Source: a virus (Duplodnaviria; Caudoviricetes). Taken from it: a DNA stretch of 64,000 bases. Location of the stretch: positions 1,231 to 65,230 of the IMG/VR virus record IMGVR_UViG_3300032288_005833, one strand, 5' to 3'. The notes under the pieces were generated by a model. The model had not been told where the DNA came from, ran no database searches, and worked only from the letters and a program-made list of their open reading frames with translations. Below, in pieces: positions 41,488-51,507 of the stretch (position 1 is the stretch's first letter; each line of letters starts with the position of its first letter). The position numbers and the translations under genes were made by a program.

Positions 41488-43755
41488 ATGCCGAAAATAA
41501 ACATATTAAATATTCTTGCTGGGGATCAACAAGCAATACTTGTAGACAAGGTAAACTACAATTTTGATCAGATTCTAACTGCAGGCGGTGGACCACAGGG
41601 ACCTCAGGGCATCAGGGGTGCTACTGGACCTATTGGACCGCAGGGAATACAGGGTCCAACAGGGCCTCAGGGATTAAAAGGAGCTAGATGGTATGTTCAA
41701 GTAACAGCACCATCTGCAGAAAATATCTTTCATACACCATGGGGAGAACCTGAACTTGGAGATTATTGGTTAGCAGGAGCAGATGATTCTAATCCTTATG
41801 GAATTTATGTTTATAACGAAACCGTACCAGGATCCTTAAATTGGGAATATTCTGGGGTATTCTTTGCTAACACTTCCGCATTTACCCCAGTAGATGACAT
41901 AAATCAAACTGACGAAAGAGCTTTAATACATGATACATTATTTAGTAATAGATATTCTTTAGTTCTAAGTGATTATGGAGTTACCGGATCTGAAACTGGA
42001 TTTAAATATAGGGACTTTAATAAATTTGGTATCAATGGAGAAAGAGCTAAGCTTAAAATAGCTACGGATTTTAATTCGCCATTTTTATCTCTTTTATCTT
42101 TCGGTAGAGCAAATCTGGATGATGGAAACAGAGCAAACACAGCATATAGTTTAAATAGAAATCCTAGATTTAGATGGAAAAATTTAACAGGAAGTGATTA
42201 TCATCTAGAGTTCTTTTCACCAACCGGTGATTATTATGTAAGCACCCCTAAATTTGTTATAGGGGGAACTGCTTCTAATTTTTCTGTTACAGGTTATAAT
42301 GCTACAGGAGATATGTTCAGGCTTACGACAAGCTCAACTACTTCTGTAAATCCTAGTAAATATTTCTTTGGCTTTGACTCTGCTGGATACGCAACAAAAG
42401 GATTACCATACAATCCAACAATAAGTGCAGGTATTCTTTCTGCTGATGCAAATAATTTGGATTATTACGAAGAAGGGGACTTAAAGGGAATATTTCAATT
42501 AAAAACATTCTCTGATGTCAGTGGCTGGAACAACACTCCAGACAATATTTACAAGAACGTAAAAGCTGCATACACAAGAATAGGAAATATAGTTCATATA
42601 GATTTTACTATTAAGGTAGATGTTCCTTCTTCGATCGGTCCATTCCTTGGTCCTGATGCATATCTGTACATTAAAGGATTCCCATACACGCCCGATTATA
42701 GCGGGTTAAATTTATTTAGTGGAAGTTTATCAATATCAAATTATACTAACCCTGTAATGCCTTTAATTCCACTAACTGGAATTTCATTATCGGGAGGAGT
42801 AACAACATCAATATTTGGTGCTTTTGCTAAAACATCGGATGGATTAGAAGATAGACTGTTCCTTTATAATAATTCAGGAACAAACCTAAAGGCAGACTCA
42901 AATCTTCCGGTAGGAGCTTGTTATATTTATGGAAGTTTTACGTACAAAACATTAGCCTCTGCTAGGGTTAGTACTATACTTCCTTCTCCAACTCCTCCTC
43001 CACCAACAACGCCAGCACCAACGCCAGCACCAACGCCAGCACCAACGCCAGCACCAACGCCAGCACCAACGCCAGCACCAACGCCAGCACCTGATTATTC
43101 ATTCGAGTGGGAATATGCAAATTATGTTGCAGGACCAACGCCAGCACCGCCAGCACCAACACCTGCGCCTACGCCAGCACCAACGCCTGCTCCTACACCA
43201 GCACCAACGCCAGGACCAACACCAGCACCAACGCCAGCACCAACACCTGCGCCTACGCCAGCACCAACACCTGCGCCTACGCCAGCACCAACACCTGCGC
43301 CTACGCCAGCACCAACGCCGGCACCAGTGGCATGTAATATAAGTAATCCTAGTTATGTAACAGTGAGCACACCTACTCAATATGGAACAATTTATCTTGC
43401 ATCAGACAGAAATATCACATTACAGGTATTTGGAGGAGTAACATATTCAGGTAGCAATTATGGATACCTTACAATAACTGGATATGGTGGAACACCAAAT
43501 CCAATGCCTAATCAGGTAAGTGCATACGCTGGATATGGTCAGTATACAACAATTGATCTAGGATTACCTGCAGGATATTATAGTTTCTTGCTGTATATGT
43601 CTGCTAACGGATCTTCTGGTCACACTGCTTCTATATCATGTGGAAGTTCAATAACATATAGTCCAACACCTAGTCCAACCCCATCACCTAGTCCAGGAAC
43701 TAGTGGAGGCGGAGGCGGCGGAGGCGGCGGAATTTCAGGGTTTAATCAAAATTAA
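41488..43755 (+). CDS. tail fibre-like protein (collagen repeat, PTPA tracts, poly-Gly C-terminus)
   Basis: [19 protein letters not shown]; LDYYEEG...[10 protein letters not shown] fibre motif; ends [17 protein letters not shown]. Confidence 0.75.
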   Translation: MPKINILNILAGDQQAILVDKVNYNFDQILTAGGGPQGPQGIRGATGPIGPQGIQGPTGPQGLKGARWYVQVTAPSAENIFHTPWGEPELGDYWLAGADDSNPYGIYVYNETVPGSLNWEYSGVFFANTSAFTPVDDINQTDERALIHDTLFSNRYSLVLSDYGVTGSETGFKYRDFNKFGINGERAKLKIATDFNSPFLSLLSFGRANLDDGNRANTAYSLNRNPRFRWKNLTGSDYHLEFFSPTGDYYVSTPKFVIGGTASNFSVTGYNATGDMFRLTTSSTTSVNPSKYFFGFDSAGYATKGLPYNPTISAGILSADANNLDYYEEGDLKGIFQLKTFSDVSGWNNTPDNIYKNVKAAYTRIGNIVHIDFTIKVDVPSSIGPFLGPDAYLYIKGFPYTPDYSGLNLFSGSLSISNYTNPVMPLIPLTGISLSGGVTTSIFGAFAKTSDGLEDRLFLYNNSGTNLKADSNLPVGACYIYGSFTYKTLASARVSTILPSPTPPPPTTPAPTPAPTPAPTPAPTPAPTPAPTPAPDYSFEWEYANYVAGPTPAPPAPTPAPTPAPTPAPTPAPTPGPTPAPTPAPTPAPTPAPTPAPTPAPTPAPTPAPTPAPVACNISNPSYVTVSTPTQYGTIYLASDRNITLQVFGGVTYSGSNYGYLTITGYGGTPNPMPNQVSAYAGYGQYTTIDLGLPAGYYSFLLYMSANGSSGHTASISCGSSITYSPTPSPTPSPSPGTSGGGGGGGGGISGFNQN
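43009..43092 (+). repeat. 7 x 12 bp tandem repeat ACGCCAGCACCA (TPAP)
   Basis: six perfect copies plus one with a last-base change. Confidence 0.95.
43135..43326 (+). repeat. second PTPA tract (12/24 bp units)
   Basis: repeated ACACCTGCGCCTACGCCAGCACCA. Confidence 0.9.
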
Positions 43756-43762
43756 ATAATAA

Positions 43763-44407
43763 ATGGATTCAAACATGAATAGAGAAATAATATCAGGTGA
43801 AGATTTTTTATATCAAAGGGGGACAGTTTCGACTGTCTACCCTTGGTATAGACCATCATATGATTATGTTAGAGATTATTTACAATATCTAAAAGACGAG
43901 ACAACCGTTTTTGATGAATTTGAAATCTATTTAACAGGTGGTATATTATACGATTTTGATACAACGTGGGATGTTGATATATTTCTAGTTGGTGGCTCAG
44001 AGAGCGATGCAAAGATAGAAGAGCAGTTAAATAACATGACGGATATTGCTTTAAATAAATTTTTCATGCTTGTAGATATAGCATGGATGGAAAGAAGACC
44101 TTCAAATCTTACATATTCACAAATGGAAGAGAACAATTTTTTTTCAGAGGATATCACATATAAAAAAATAGGACATTTCAAAAAAAAGCTTGGGAACGAA
44201 ACAGTAGAATGTGATATGAGAATCCTACCAAACTTAGAGACTATAGGAGATTATTTGATAAAAGGAAGTTTTGGTGGATTTAAACACGCTGATAAAATGA
44301 TAGATAAGGTTAAAAATCATCCTAAGCAAAGTGTAATAATGACATTTAGCGCTGAAGAATTTTTACTAAGCGATAGGGATCATTTTTTAAGTAATACTAA
44401 TAGATAA
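43763..44407 (+). CDS. putative Pol-beta-superfamily nucleotidyltransferase
   Basis: EIYLTGGILYDFDTTWDVDIFLV (hGG...DhD) and a third Asp in LVDI. Confidence 0.65.
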   Translation: MDSNMNREIISGEDFLYQRGTVSTVYPWYRPSYDYVRDYLQYLKDETTVFDEFEIYLTGGILYDFDTTWDVDIFLVGGSESDAKIEEQLNNMTDIALNKFFMLVDIAWMERRPSNLTYSQMEENNFFSEDITYKKIGHFKKKLGNETVECDMRILPNLETIGDYLIKGSFGGFKHADKMIDKVKNHPKQSVIMTFSAEEFLLSDRDHFLSNTNR

Positions 44408-44415
44408 GATATAAA

Positions 44416-45645
44416 ATGGCAAGTGTAAATATAAAATTCTCATCAGCAGGAAACGTTACGAGTCAATCGTATGAGATATCTGCAAGCGCAACTGAAAATG
44501 GGACTTATAGTGTAATTAGTACTATATCAAGAGCAACACTTCTTGCCGGAACTTATATTACGGTTCCCGATGGTTCTACATGGATCAAAGGCGATAATGT
44601 TACACCAGGGGCACCGGCTGGTACAAAAAAAATAGCAATATCAGGTCTTCCACCAGCACCAACGCCAGAACCTACGCCGGCACCAACACCGACGCCAACA
44701 CCTGCGCCTACGCCAGAACCTACGCCGGCACCAACACCGACGCCAACACCTGCGCCTACGCCAGAACCTACGCCGGCACCAACACCTGAGCCAACCCCTG
44801 CGCCTACGCCAGAACCTACGCCGGCACCAGCTTTGCCTTACGGTAGTTTACTTACAAAAGAAGGCGATCCTGAGCCTTACTACTTCACAACTGACATATT
44901 AAATAGCGGACAAGACTACTATAGCGGAGGTGGATTCTGTTATGTTTCAGGCGGAGCATTTTATAACGCAAGCCAAATGTCGGGTAAAACCGAGATCGAT
45001 GGAACTATATGTAGTTCATACGGAGGTAATTGTACTAACTGTACCGGAACAAGCCCAACGCCTCCTGGACCAACACCAGCACCATCACCAACTCCAGGTC
45101 CTAGCGGAGGCGGAGGCGGAGGCGGAGGCGGCGGATGTCTAGTTTATGGAACATTAATTACTATGGCAGACGGATCATTCAAACCTGTTGAAGAAATAGT
45201 AATAGGTGATCTTATTAAAACTGTATCAATAGATGGATTAGATAGCAGCGACGAAGATGCATGGAAAGTATACACTTCTACATCATTCTCTTCAACCCCT
45301 ATGATATCTACAGTAATGAATATATTGGACGATACTTGGATCGAATACTATACAATCAATGGATCTTTAAATATCACATTCGAACACCCGGTATTTGTTA
45401 AGAGAGATATTGATTATCTATTTACTAGAGTAGTTGATCTAATGCTAGGAGACTTTATCCTAGATGAGACTGGAAATTGGGTAGAAGTAACTACAATAGA
45501 TAAAATAGAATCAAGCGTTCAAACCATTAATATAAACGTTGAAGATAGCGATCTTTATTTCGCTAATGGATTACTAGTTCATAATCTTGCTGGCGTAGAT
45601 AAATCTATATCAGGAGGAGGAGGAATTCCACCGTATCAAAACTAA
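44416..45645 (+). CDS. Pro/Thr-repeat protein with poly-Gly linker and Hint (BIL-type) autoprocessing domain
   Basis: G10[13 protein letters not shown], [16 protein letters not shown] followed by Leu. Confidence 0.9.
   Translation: MASVNIKFSSAGNVTSQSYEISASATENGTYSVISTISRATLLAGTYITVPDGSTWIKGDNVTPGAPAGTKKIAISGLPPAPTPEPTPAPTPTPTPAPTPEPTPAPTPTPTPAPTPEPTPAPTPEPTPAPTPEPTPAPALPYGSLLTKEGDPEPYYFTTDILNSGQDYYSGGGFCYVSGGAFYNASQMSGKTEIDGTICSSYGGNCTNCTGTSPTPPGPTPAPSPTPGPSGGGGGGGGGGCLVYGTLITMADGSFKPVEEIVIGDLIKTVSIDGLDSSDEDAWKVYTSTSFSSTPMISTVMNILDDTWIEYYTINGSLNITFEHPVFVKRDIDYLFTRVVDLMLGDFILDETGNWVEVTTIDKIESSVQTININVEDSDLYFANGLLVHNLAGVDKSISGGGGIPPYQN
44652..44829 (+). repeat. PTP(A/E/T) tract with 48 bp higher-order unit
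   Basis: ACGCCAGAACCTACGCCGGCACCAACACCGACGCCAACACCTGCGCCT repeated. Confidence 0.9.
45136..45585 (+). other. Hint domain, 150 aa (Cys1...His-Asn), no endonuclease
   Basis: block A C241, block B TxxH, terminal VHN; the +1 residue is Leu, not Cys/Ser/Thr. Confidence 0.9.
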
Positions 45646-45651
45646 TAATAT

Positions 45652-45939
45652 ATGAAGTTAACAAAAACTGAAATATCACAGATAGGATCGATAATGAATA
45701 GTTATCGATCCATTCATGAAAGCCTAAATTTTTATGAGAAGAATTTAGTTCTAATGGAGAAAGGAAATATAGAAAAATCTAGGGATGAAATAACATCTCT
45801 TGGAATAAAAATAAAAGAGAGCATATCAAAATTAAAACAGGAGAGGGAAAAAGAAAAAGATTTTTTTGACTTTCTAAAAACCAAATACGGGCCTGGAGAA
45901 TTTAATGTGGAAACTTTTGAATATAAAACAAAAAAATGA
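45652..45939 (+). CDS. small coiled-coil hypothetical protein
   Basis: 95 aa ending LKTKYGPGEFNVETFE. Confidence 0.65.
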   Translation: MKLTKTEISQIGSIMNSYRSIHESLNFYEKNLVLMEKGNIEKSRDEITSLGIKIKESISKLKQEREKEKDFFDFLKTKYGPGEFNVETFEYKTKK

Positions 45940-46679
45940 AACAAGTAGAAAAACAAGTAGAAGTTGTAAGAGAGTTCAAAAACAACAACAAGAAATTACT
46001 TATAATAGCAGGTCTTATTATATTGGGATTTTTAATCTACGGAGCATTTAATAACAGTTATCACGCTAAAGAAATAAAAGCACTAGAAACCGAGATTGGT
46101 GTCGTACAAAAAAAGTTTGATGCAGCAGTAGAAGAAAAAGAAAAATTAAAGGATTCTTCTTTAGTCTATGAAACAATGGCTGAACAAGCAGGTGCTGAGG
46201 CTGATGTATTTAGAGCAAAAGCAGAAAAGGAGAAAAAGGCTAAGGAATTAGCATTATCAGCATTGCACAATTTGCCCAAGGATGTAATCGATACATTCTT
46301 TGTTAAGAGGTATGCTGAAGTTGTTAAGGCAGACATTGGATTGGAATTAGACAAGAATGTGGGAAATGCAATAGTGATAGAATTAGTTGAAAAGGATCAT
46401 TTGGTTGGACAATTAGCAACATCAGAAAACCTAACAACTACCCTTACCACACAGGTAAGTACCTTACAAACATCACTAGGCTTCTCTAAATTAGCTCTTG
46501 TTAGTGCAGATTCGGCAATTGCAGCTAGATCAAAGCAATTTGAATTACAGCAGAAGGTAAGTGACCTATTAAAGCAAGACTTAAAAACGGCTAAGAAAAA
46601 AGCGTTTTGGAACAAACTTAAAGGAACTGCAGTTGGCTTAGCTGTGGGCTTTACCGTTGGTATTATTGCAGTAAAGTAA
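45936..46679 (+). CDS. membrane-anchored coiled-coil protein (possibly spanin-like)
   Basis: N-terminal TM LLIIAGLIILGFLIYGAF, long coiled coil, C-terminal hydrophobic GTAVGLAVGFTVGIIAV. Confidence 0.55.
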   Translation: MKQVEKQVEVVREFKNNNKKLLIIAGLIILGFLIYGAFNNSYHAKEIKALETEIGVVQKKFDAAVEEKEKLKDSSLVYETMAEQAGAEADVFRAKAEKEKKAKELALSALHNLPKDVIDTFFVKRYAEVVKADIGLELDKNVGNAIVIELVEKDHLVGQLATSENLTTTLTTQVSTLQTSLGFSKLALVSADSAIAARSKQFELQQKVSDLLKQDLKTAKKKAFWNKLKGTAVGLAVGFTVGIIAVK

Positions 46680-46715
46680 TTCTTAATCGTGATATTATCT
46701 CTCTCTATAAAACTT

Positions 46716-46724
46716 GATATATAA
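46716..46724 (+). promoter_or_regulatory. late-promoter-like motif GATATATAA
   Basis: 5 nt before the ATG at 46730. Confidence 0.6.
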
Positions 46725-46729
46725 GGGAT

Positions 46730-49225
46730 ATGTCAAGCTTCACCTATACCAGTAAATTTTTCAGTCTTGCTCCATATTTACTTATGGAGTATAGATATGG
46801 TACACAGCCTAATCCTGAGAACCATTCAGTATTATATGGCCTTGATGCCATCGGGTTTGAAAAGATATCCAATGGATATTTTAATAATGCTGTACAAATT
46901 ACCAATAGAAATCAGGACACTCAGGCAACTGGTAACGTAAGAGATAGAAGTTCTGTACAAACCTCACAAAATACCTTTGTTAGATTAGATATTGATCGTT
47001 TAGAAGAATATTTGGATTATGATGATAAATTAACTGATGTCAGTAATCTTCCTGTAGAATTTGAAAATAACATCAATGTTTACTATGACACAGTTAGATA
47101 CCACTTTATAAGTGGCTATAATTTTGGTACTAAAGATGGAGCTATAGTACAAATTCAATTTCAAGAAAGAAACGGAAAGAAGGCCACTGTTTCTCAGATA
47201 ACATATGAGAAAGGTGATCTTGATATTACTACACCTAATCCTAATCCCATTTATTTCAATGCTGGGATATATGATCACTTTATAGAAGTTAAGATTCCTT
47301 CTTATGCTTCTATTACATATGATTATGATACTCAAGCTGTAAACGGACTAGCGGATCAAACTATTGCATCTAAGATTAGCTCTGATGGTGAAGGATTTAT
47401 CAGAAATCAGCCATTTAATGTTTCTCTTTATGAGATAGAATCTACACAGGAAATTAATGGATTCTATTATTACCAAACTGCTTTATTTACAGTTGCAACT
47501 GTTACTCCGTTCGACGAGTATGCAGATCTTGCTGCTAATATAGTTGAGAATAGCGATTATGATTATTTTGAATACTATCCTGCGTGGCAAGGAAATTTTA
47601 TAGAAGATTTTATATATGCGGAGAGTTCGTTGGGTAACACCTATTATATCATTCATGATATTGAATTAAAAGAGCAAATAGGACTTAGAAGAATTTCCAC
47701 ACAAAAAATTCAATTACTGCAGGACAAGGATTTTAACAGTCCTTATTTATATCGTCCTGTTGTTATGAATCCTAAAGCAACTAGCTTTTCGATTAATTAT
47801 TCAATGAGACTGGTTAATAAGATTAGCAACGTTTCGATATTAAGAACATCAACTGTGACTAGCACAGAGGTTGATAAGTATGGCCCAGGGGTTAAAAGAA
47901 TAAATTTATTACATCAACCATATCCACAAAAAGTTTATAACAAGGTAGTTGAACCTGTTATTTCTAAGGCATATACATTGAATGTAAATCCGATAGAAAG
48001 AGTTATTACTAAATATGTCCCAGCTTTCTTTGAAAGGGAGAACATAAATATTTCAGAAGAAAATTTGACTATTGACAATCTTGGGGGTTTAACCCAGTCA
48101 TCAACGGTGGATGCTTCAATAGCATTTGGTCAAGGGAAATCTAAGATTGTAATCAATCCATATGATAACTATTATAAGTTCAGGGTTTTTGTAAAAAATG
48201 ACGGGAAAGAAAACACATTATTAGATCTTGGATCGAATTCAGATTTCTATTTGGTATTTGAAGGAGGTGATAGCAAAACAGTAAAAGTATCTAGCTTAAT
48301 AAACAGCACGTTCCAAAATCCTAGTAAGGGAGAATTGGTATTTAGAGTTGTTGAATCTGATTCTAAAAAGGTAGCAGCATTCACAGGAAGAGATTTTCAT
48401 ATAGTTGCAAAAACCAATAATGGGATAGAAACATCAATCTATCACGGCTATTGGATTTTACCTAGTGAAAGAGACCAAAAGCCAGTTGATGTAACACCAG
48501 CAACACCTGCACCTGTACCTGCACCTGTGATAATCTCACCTGTACAGGCAACATCGGCTCCTGCGCCAGCACCAATTGCAACACCAACACCAACACCTGT
48601 TGCAGCACCAACACCTGTTGCAGCACCAACACCTGTTGCAGCACCAACTCCAACCCCAATAGCAACTCCGGTTCCTGCTGCTATAGAAACACCTGCACCA
48701 GTACCTTCTACACCAACTGTTGATATAATACCTCAACAACCTAAAGAATACTTTGATATTAAAACTGATCCTGTGATACTAAACGTTGAGCCGGCAGTTA
48801 TAACCGCTGTAACTGTTGAAGAACCAGTTATTGTTAAAAAGATGCCAATTAAGGCAGATATTGACACCCTAGCAAATTTAATCAAGATGGACGAGAATGC
48901 AGGTAAATCAGTACAAGAAGTTTGTGATTATTATACAGTTCCTGGAAATCCTGGAAATCTTCTTTATGATGGTATTACTGTTAGGTTCTTCTTGAATGCT
49001 GTTAGATTAGTTCACCCTGATATATTTGGTAGAAGAAGTGACGAATTTGCAATGTATGCAAATTATCTTGGGGAAATTTACGATCCGTATGAGAACAATA
49101 GATATCCATCAGGTGGTGGCGGTGGCGCTGGTGGTGGATATATTGGAGGTGGTGGAGTAGGATATAATATCTACGACAAAATACAAGACAGAAGTGAAAC
49201 GATGGGTCAAACCTTCTTTCTATAA
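46730..49225 (+). CDS. putative structural protein with Pro/Thr/Ala linker and Gly-rich C-terminus
   Basis: 831 aa; PTPVAA repeats; SGGGGGAGGGYIGGGG near the end. Confidence 0.6.
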   Translation: MSSFTYTSKFFSLAPYLLMEYRYGTQPNPENHSVLYGLDAIGFEKISNGYFNNAVQITNRNQDTQATGNVRDRSSVQTSQNTFVRLDIDRLEEYLDYDDKLTDVSNLPVEFENNINVYYDTVRYHFISGYNFGTKDGAIVQIQFQERNGKKATVSQITYEKGDLDITTPNPNPIYFNAGIYDHFIEVKIPSYASITYDYDTQAVNGLADQTIASKISSDGEGFIRNQPFNVSLYEIESTQEINGFYYYQTALFTVATVTPFDEYADLAANIVENSDYDYFEYYPAWQGNFIEDFIYAESSLGNTYYIIHDIELKEQIGLRRISTQKIQLLQDKDFNSPYLYRPVVMNPKATSFSINYSMRLVNKISNVSILRTSTVTSTEVDKYGPGVKRINLLHQPYPQKVYNKVVEPVISKAYTLNVNPIERVITKYVPAFFERENINISEENLTIDNLGGLTQSSTVDASIAFGQGKSKIVINPYDNYYKFRVFVKNDGKENTLLDLGSNSDFYLVFEGGDSKTVKVSSLINSTFQNPSKGELVFRVVESDSKKVAAFTGRDFHIVAKTNNGIETSIYHGYWILPSERDQKPVDVTPATPAPVPAPVIISPVQATSAPAPAPIATPTPTPVAAPTPVAAPTPVAAPTPTPIATPVPAAIETPAPVPSTPTVDIIPQQPKEYFDIKTDPVILNVEPAVITAVTVEEPVIVKKMPIKADIDTLANLIKMDENAGKSVQEVCDYYTVPGNPGNLLYDGITVRFFLNAVRLVHPDIFGRRSDEFAMYANYLGEIYDPYENNRYPSGGGGGAGGGYIGGGGVGYNIYDKIQDRSETMGQTFFL
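48593..48646 (+). repeat. 3 x 18 bp ACACCTGTTGCAGCACCA (TPVAAP)
   Basis: perfect tandem copies. Confidence 0.9.
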
Positions 49226-49235
49226 TCAATAGACT

Positions 49236-49787
49236 ATGTTATTAAATTCTAGGCAGAATGGTTTTATATTTAATTTTCCAAAGGGATTTTTCTCTAAAGA
49301 ATTGGAAACTAAGTATCATGCTTATGTGAAAAGAATGCCTATTCCTTATGACAATCTGAAGGATTTTATGAATTCAACAATTCAGCAGGTTTCTTTTCCG
49401 ACATTTCAATCTATAGATCACGTTGAACAGACAAGACCCGGAGGATACAAACAGAATTACAAGAGTGCAACCAATATACAGAACCTAATTAGAAGAGATT
49501 TCACAGTGTCTTTTAAACTTGGCGAGGGTTTGATTAACTATTGGATCATGTATGAAAGCATGGTTAATTTTTTAGACTTCAACAACACAGAGCAAGTTCT
49601 TCCTGATTTAACACTCAGATTATTAGATCATGAAGGCGTTATCATGTCTAGCATCGAATTTCAACAACCGATATATACATCATTATCAGAGACCCAATTA
49701 AACTATTCTAGCACGACTCCTCAGTTTTCCACTTTCAGTGTGGGCTTTAGATGTAACTACGTAAACATAAAATTAGAAATTGGCTAA
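49236..49787 (+). CDS. tail tube terminator / tube-fold protein (T4 gp3-like)
   Basis: IQQVSFP...FTVSFKL...NYWIMYE...DLTLRLLD...TSLSETQLNY...TFSVGF pattern. Confidence 0.6.
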   Translation: MLLNSRQNGFIFNFPKGFFSKELETKYHAYVKRMPIPYDNLKDFMNSTIQQVSFPTFQSIDHVEQTRPGGYKQNYKSATNIQNLIRRDFTVSFKLGEGLINYWIMYESMVNFLDFNNTEQVLPDLTLRLLDHEGVIMSSIEFQQPIYTSLSETQLNYSSTTPQFSTFSVGFRCNYVNIKLEIG

Positions 49788-50448
49788 ACGAATCCTAGGA
49801 GTGGATTTCAGTTTAAATTCCCCGGCTTGGTGCTTATTAGCAGAGGGTGAATCTAAATGGGGATCTTTTCACCGCACAACAAAGAAGATAGTACCGATGA
49901 TGACCAAAGATGCATCACCGTTTAAGGTATTCTCAGAAATTCCAAATTTCTCTCTAAAAATTATTGAGAAGGAAAGAGCTGATGGTGAATATTGGGAAGT
50001 AGAGAGAAAAAAAATTGAAAACTTCCTTGTGATAGCTGATTCCTTTATAGAAATGATTAAACCCCATATAGACGATCAGACAGTAGTTTTCATGGAGGGT
50101 ATATCATTTGGAAGCTCTGGAAATTCCCTAATAGATATTTCTATGTGTACTGCCCTTATTAGAGAAAGACTAGTAAATATAGTGGGGTTTGGGAGATTAA
50201 ACATTTATTCCCCGACAGCTATTAAAAAATTTGCATGTAAGGGAAATGCAAAAAAAGACGAACTTTATCAAGCACTTTTAGATAAATACAGTGAGGACAA
50301 CCTTCTAAGTCCTCTTATCAGACCGCTGAAACAAAATCAGGATCTATGGATAAAAAAAAGCAAGGAAGTAGAAACACCTTGCTCGGATATTATAGATGCT
50401 ACTTGGATTAGCCTTTATGGTAAACAAATTTTAGGGGAAACTTTTTGA
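49780..50448 (+). CDS. RuvC-like Holliday junction resolvase
   Basis: ILGVDFSLNSPA, VFMEGISFGS, PTAIKKFA.KGNAKK, DIIDA. Confidence 0.8.
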   Translation: MAKRILGVDFSLNSPAWCLLAEGESKWGSFHRTTKKIVPMMTKDASPFKVFSEIPNFSLKIIEKERADGEYWEVERKKIENFLVIADSFIEMIKPHIDDQTVVFMEGISFGSSGNSLIDISMCTALIRERLVNIVGFGRLNIYSPTAIKKFACKGNAKKDELYQALLDKYSEDNLLSPLIRPLKQNQDLWIKKSKEVETPCSDIIDATWISLYGKQILGETF

Positions 50449-50465
50449 ACAACTTAGGGTATAAC
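50437..50465 (+). promoter_or_regulatory. candidate early/middle promoter GAAACT-N17-TATAAC
   Basis: upstream of the gp32-like gene; similar elements at 1067, 62515 and 62802. Confidence 0.4.
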
Positions 50466-50506
50466 TTAGGAATCAATTTTAGTTAATTTAAAAAAATTTA
50501 GAAAAC

Positions 50507-51487
50507 ATGGACAATTTAGACATTTTCAGTCTGGACAACGAGGACTTTTTAAAGCCCGAACCAGCAACCACAGGAAGCGGAGACGCTAACATTTACAAGC
50601 CTTATCCAGAATTAGGCAAAGACGGTGTTTACAAAGCACTTATCAGATTTCTACCTAACGTAGCAAATCCAAAAAAATCAAAAATCCATAAGTATTACGT
50701 TTGGTTGAAAGACCCAGTAGACAACAGCAACTTCGTTGCAGATTGTCCATCAACTGTTGGTAAGAAATCAATCTTGAAAGATATCTTCTGGAAATTAAAA
50801 AACTCCCCATCTGCAAAAGATCAGGAGTTAGCAAAATCATTTGCTAGAAAAGAAGACTACTATTCTTTAGTACAAATAGTAAAAGATCCTAACCACCCTG
50901 AATTAGAAGGTAAGGTTATGGTATTTAAATTTGGTAAAAAAGTTGCAGATCTAATCGAGCAACAAATTAAACCAGAATATGGTAATCCATGCAACCCTTA
51001 CGATTTATTTGAAGGTAAAAACTTCGGTATTCACGTAAGAAAAGTTGGAGACTGGAACAACTACGATCTTTGCCAATTCGTTGGTGAGAAAGGACCAATC
51101 TCAATCGATGGTACACCAGTAGAAAAATCAGAGGATGATCAAAAAAGAATTGTTGAGTATTTAAAGAAAGGTCCTCAAGACTTAGTAGATAAATATGACT
51201 ACAAAGAATGGACAGATGAAGATCGTGATAAAATCACATCTATCATTAGAAACATTGTACCAGACGGAAGAATGGTAGCAGAGATTCTTTCAGGATCACC
51301 CGATTCTAAACCTTCTACTAGCACAAGCAATCCACTTAAAAACGAAGCTAAGAAAAGTCCAGAAGCAGCAGATGATTTCTTTGGCGATTCTAAATCTCTT
51401 GATGAGGTTGAAGAAGCACCAAAGGCAGCTCCTAAAAAACCAGCATCATCTTCAGGCAGTTTAGACGATTTGTATAACGATCTCTAA
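50507..51487 (+). CDS. single-stranded DNA-binding protein, T4 gp32-like
   Basis: ALIRFLP, DCPSTVG, IVKDPNHPELEGKVMVFKFGKK, NPYDLFEGKNF, acidic tail LDDLYNDL. Confidence 0.9.
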   Translation: MDNLDIFSLDNEDFLKPEPATTGSGDANIYKPYPELGKDGVYKALIRFLPNVANPKKSKIHKYYVWLKDPVDNSNFVADCPSTVGKKSILKDIFWKLKNSPSAKDQELAKSFARKEDYYSLVQIVKDPNHPELEGKVMVFKFGKKVADLIEQQIKPEYGNPCNPYDLFEGKNFGIHVRKVGDWNNYDLCQFVGEKGPISIDGTPVEKSEDDQKRIVEYLKKGPQDLVDKYDYKEWTDEDRDKITSIIRNIVPDGRMVAEILSGSPDSKPSTSTSNPLKNEAKKSPEAADDFFGDSKSLDEVEEAPKAAPKKPASSSGSLDDLYNDL

Positions 51488-51507
51488 GATAATAAATATG
51501 AGATTTT

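Noticed and set aside
42974-43380. Low-complexity ORFs (VLAL, WCWRRR, QHQHLR, ASTNTC repeats)
   Set aside because: Alternative-frame and antisense shadows of the TPAP tandem repeats in the fibre gene
43009-44829. Tandem repeats as a possible CRISPR array or DGR template/variable repeat pair
   Set aside because: No unique spacers, units are in-frame codon multiples, no adenine-specific mismatch pattern seen, and no cas or reverse transcriptase gene in the window
45136-45585. Canonical mobile intein
   Set aside because: No homing endonuclease, the +1 residue is Leu, and it is not inserted in a conserved enzyme motif; treated as a BIL-type Hint
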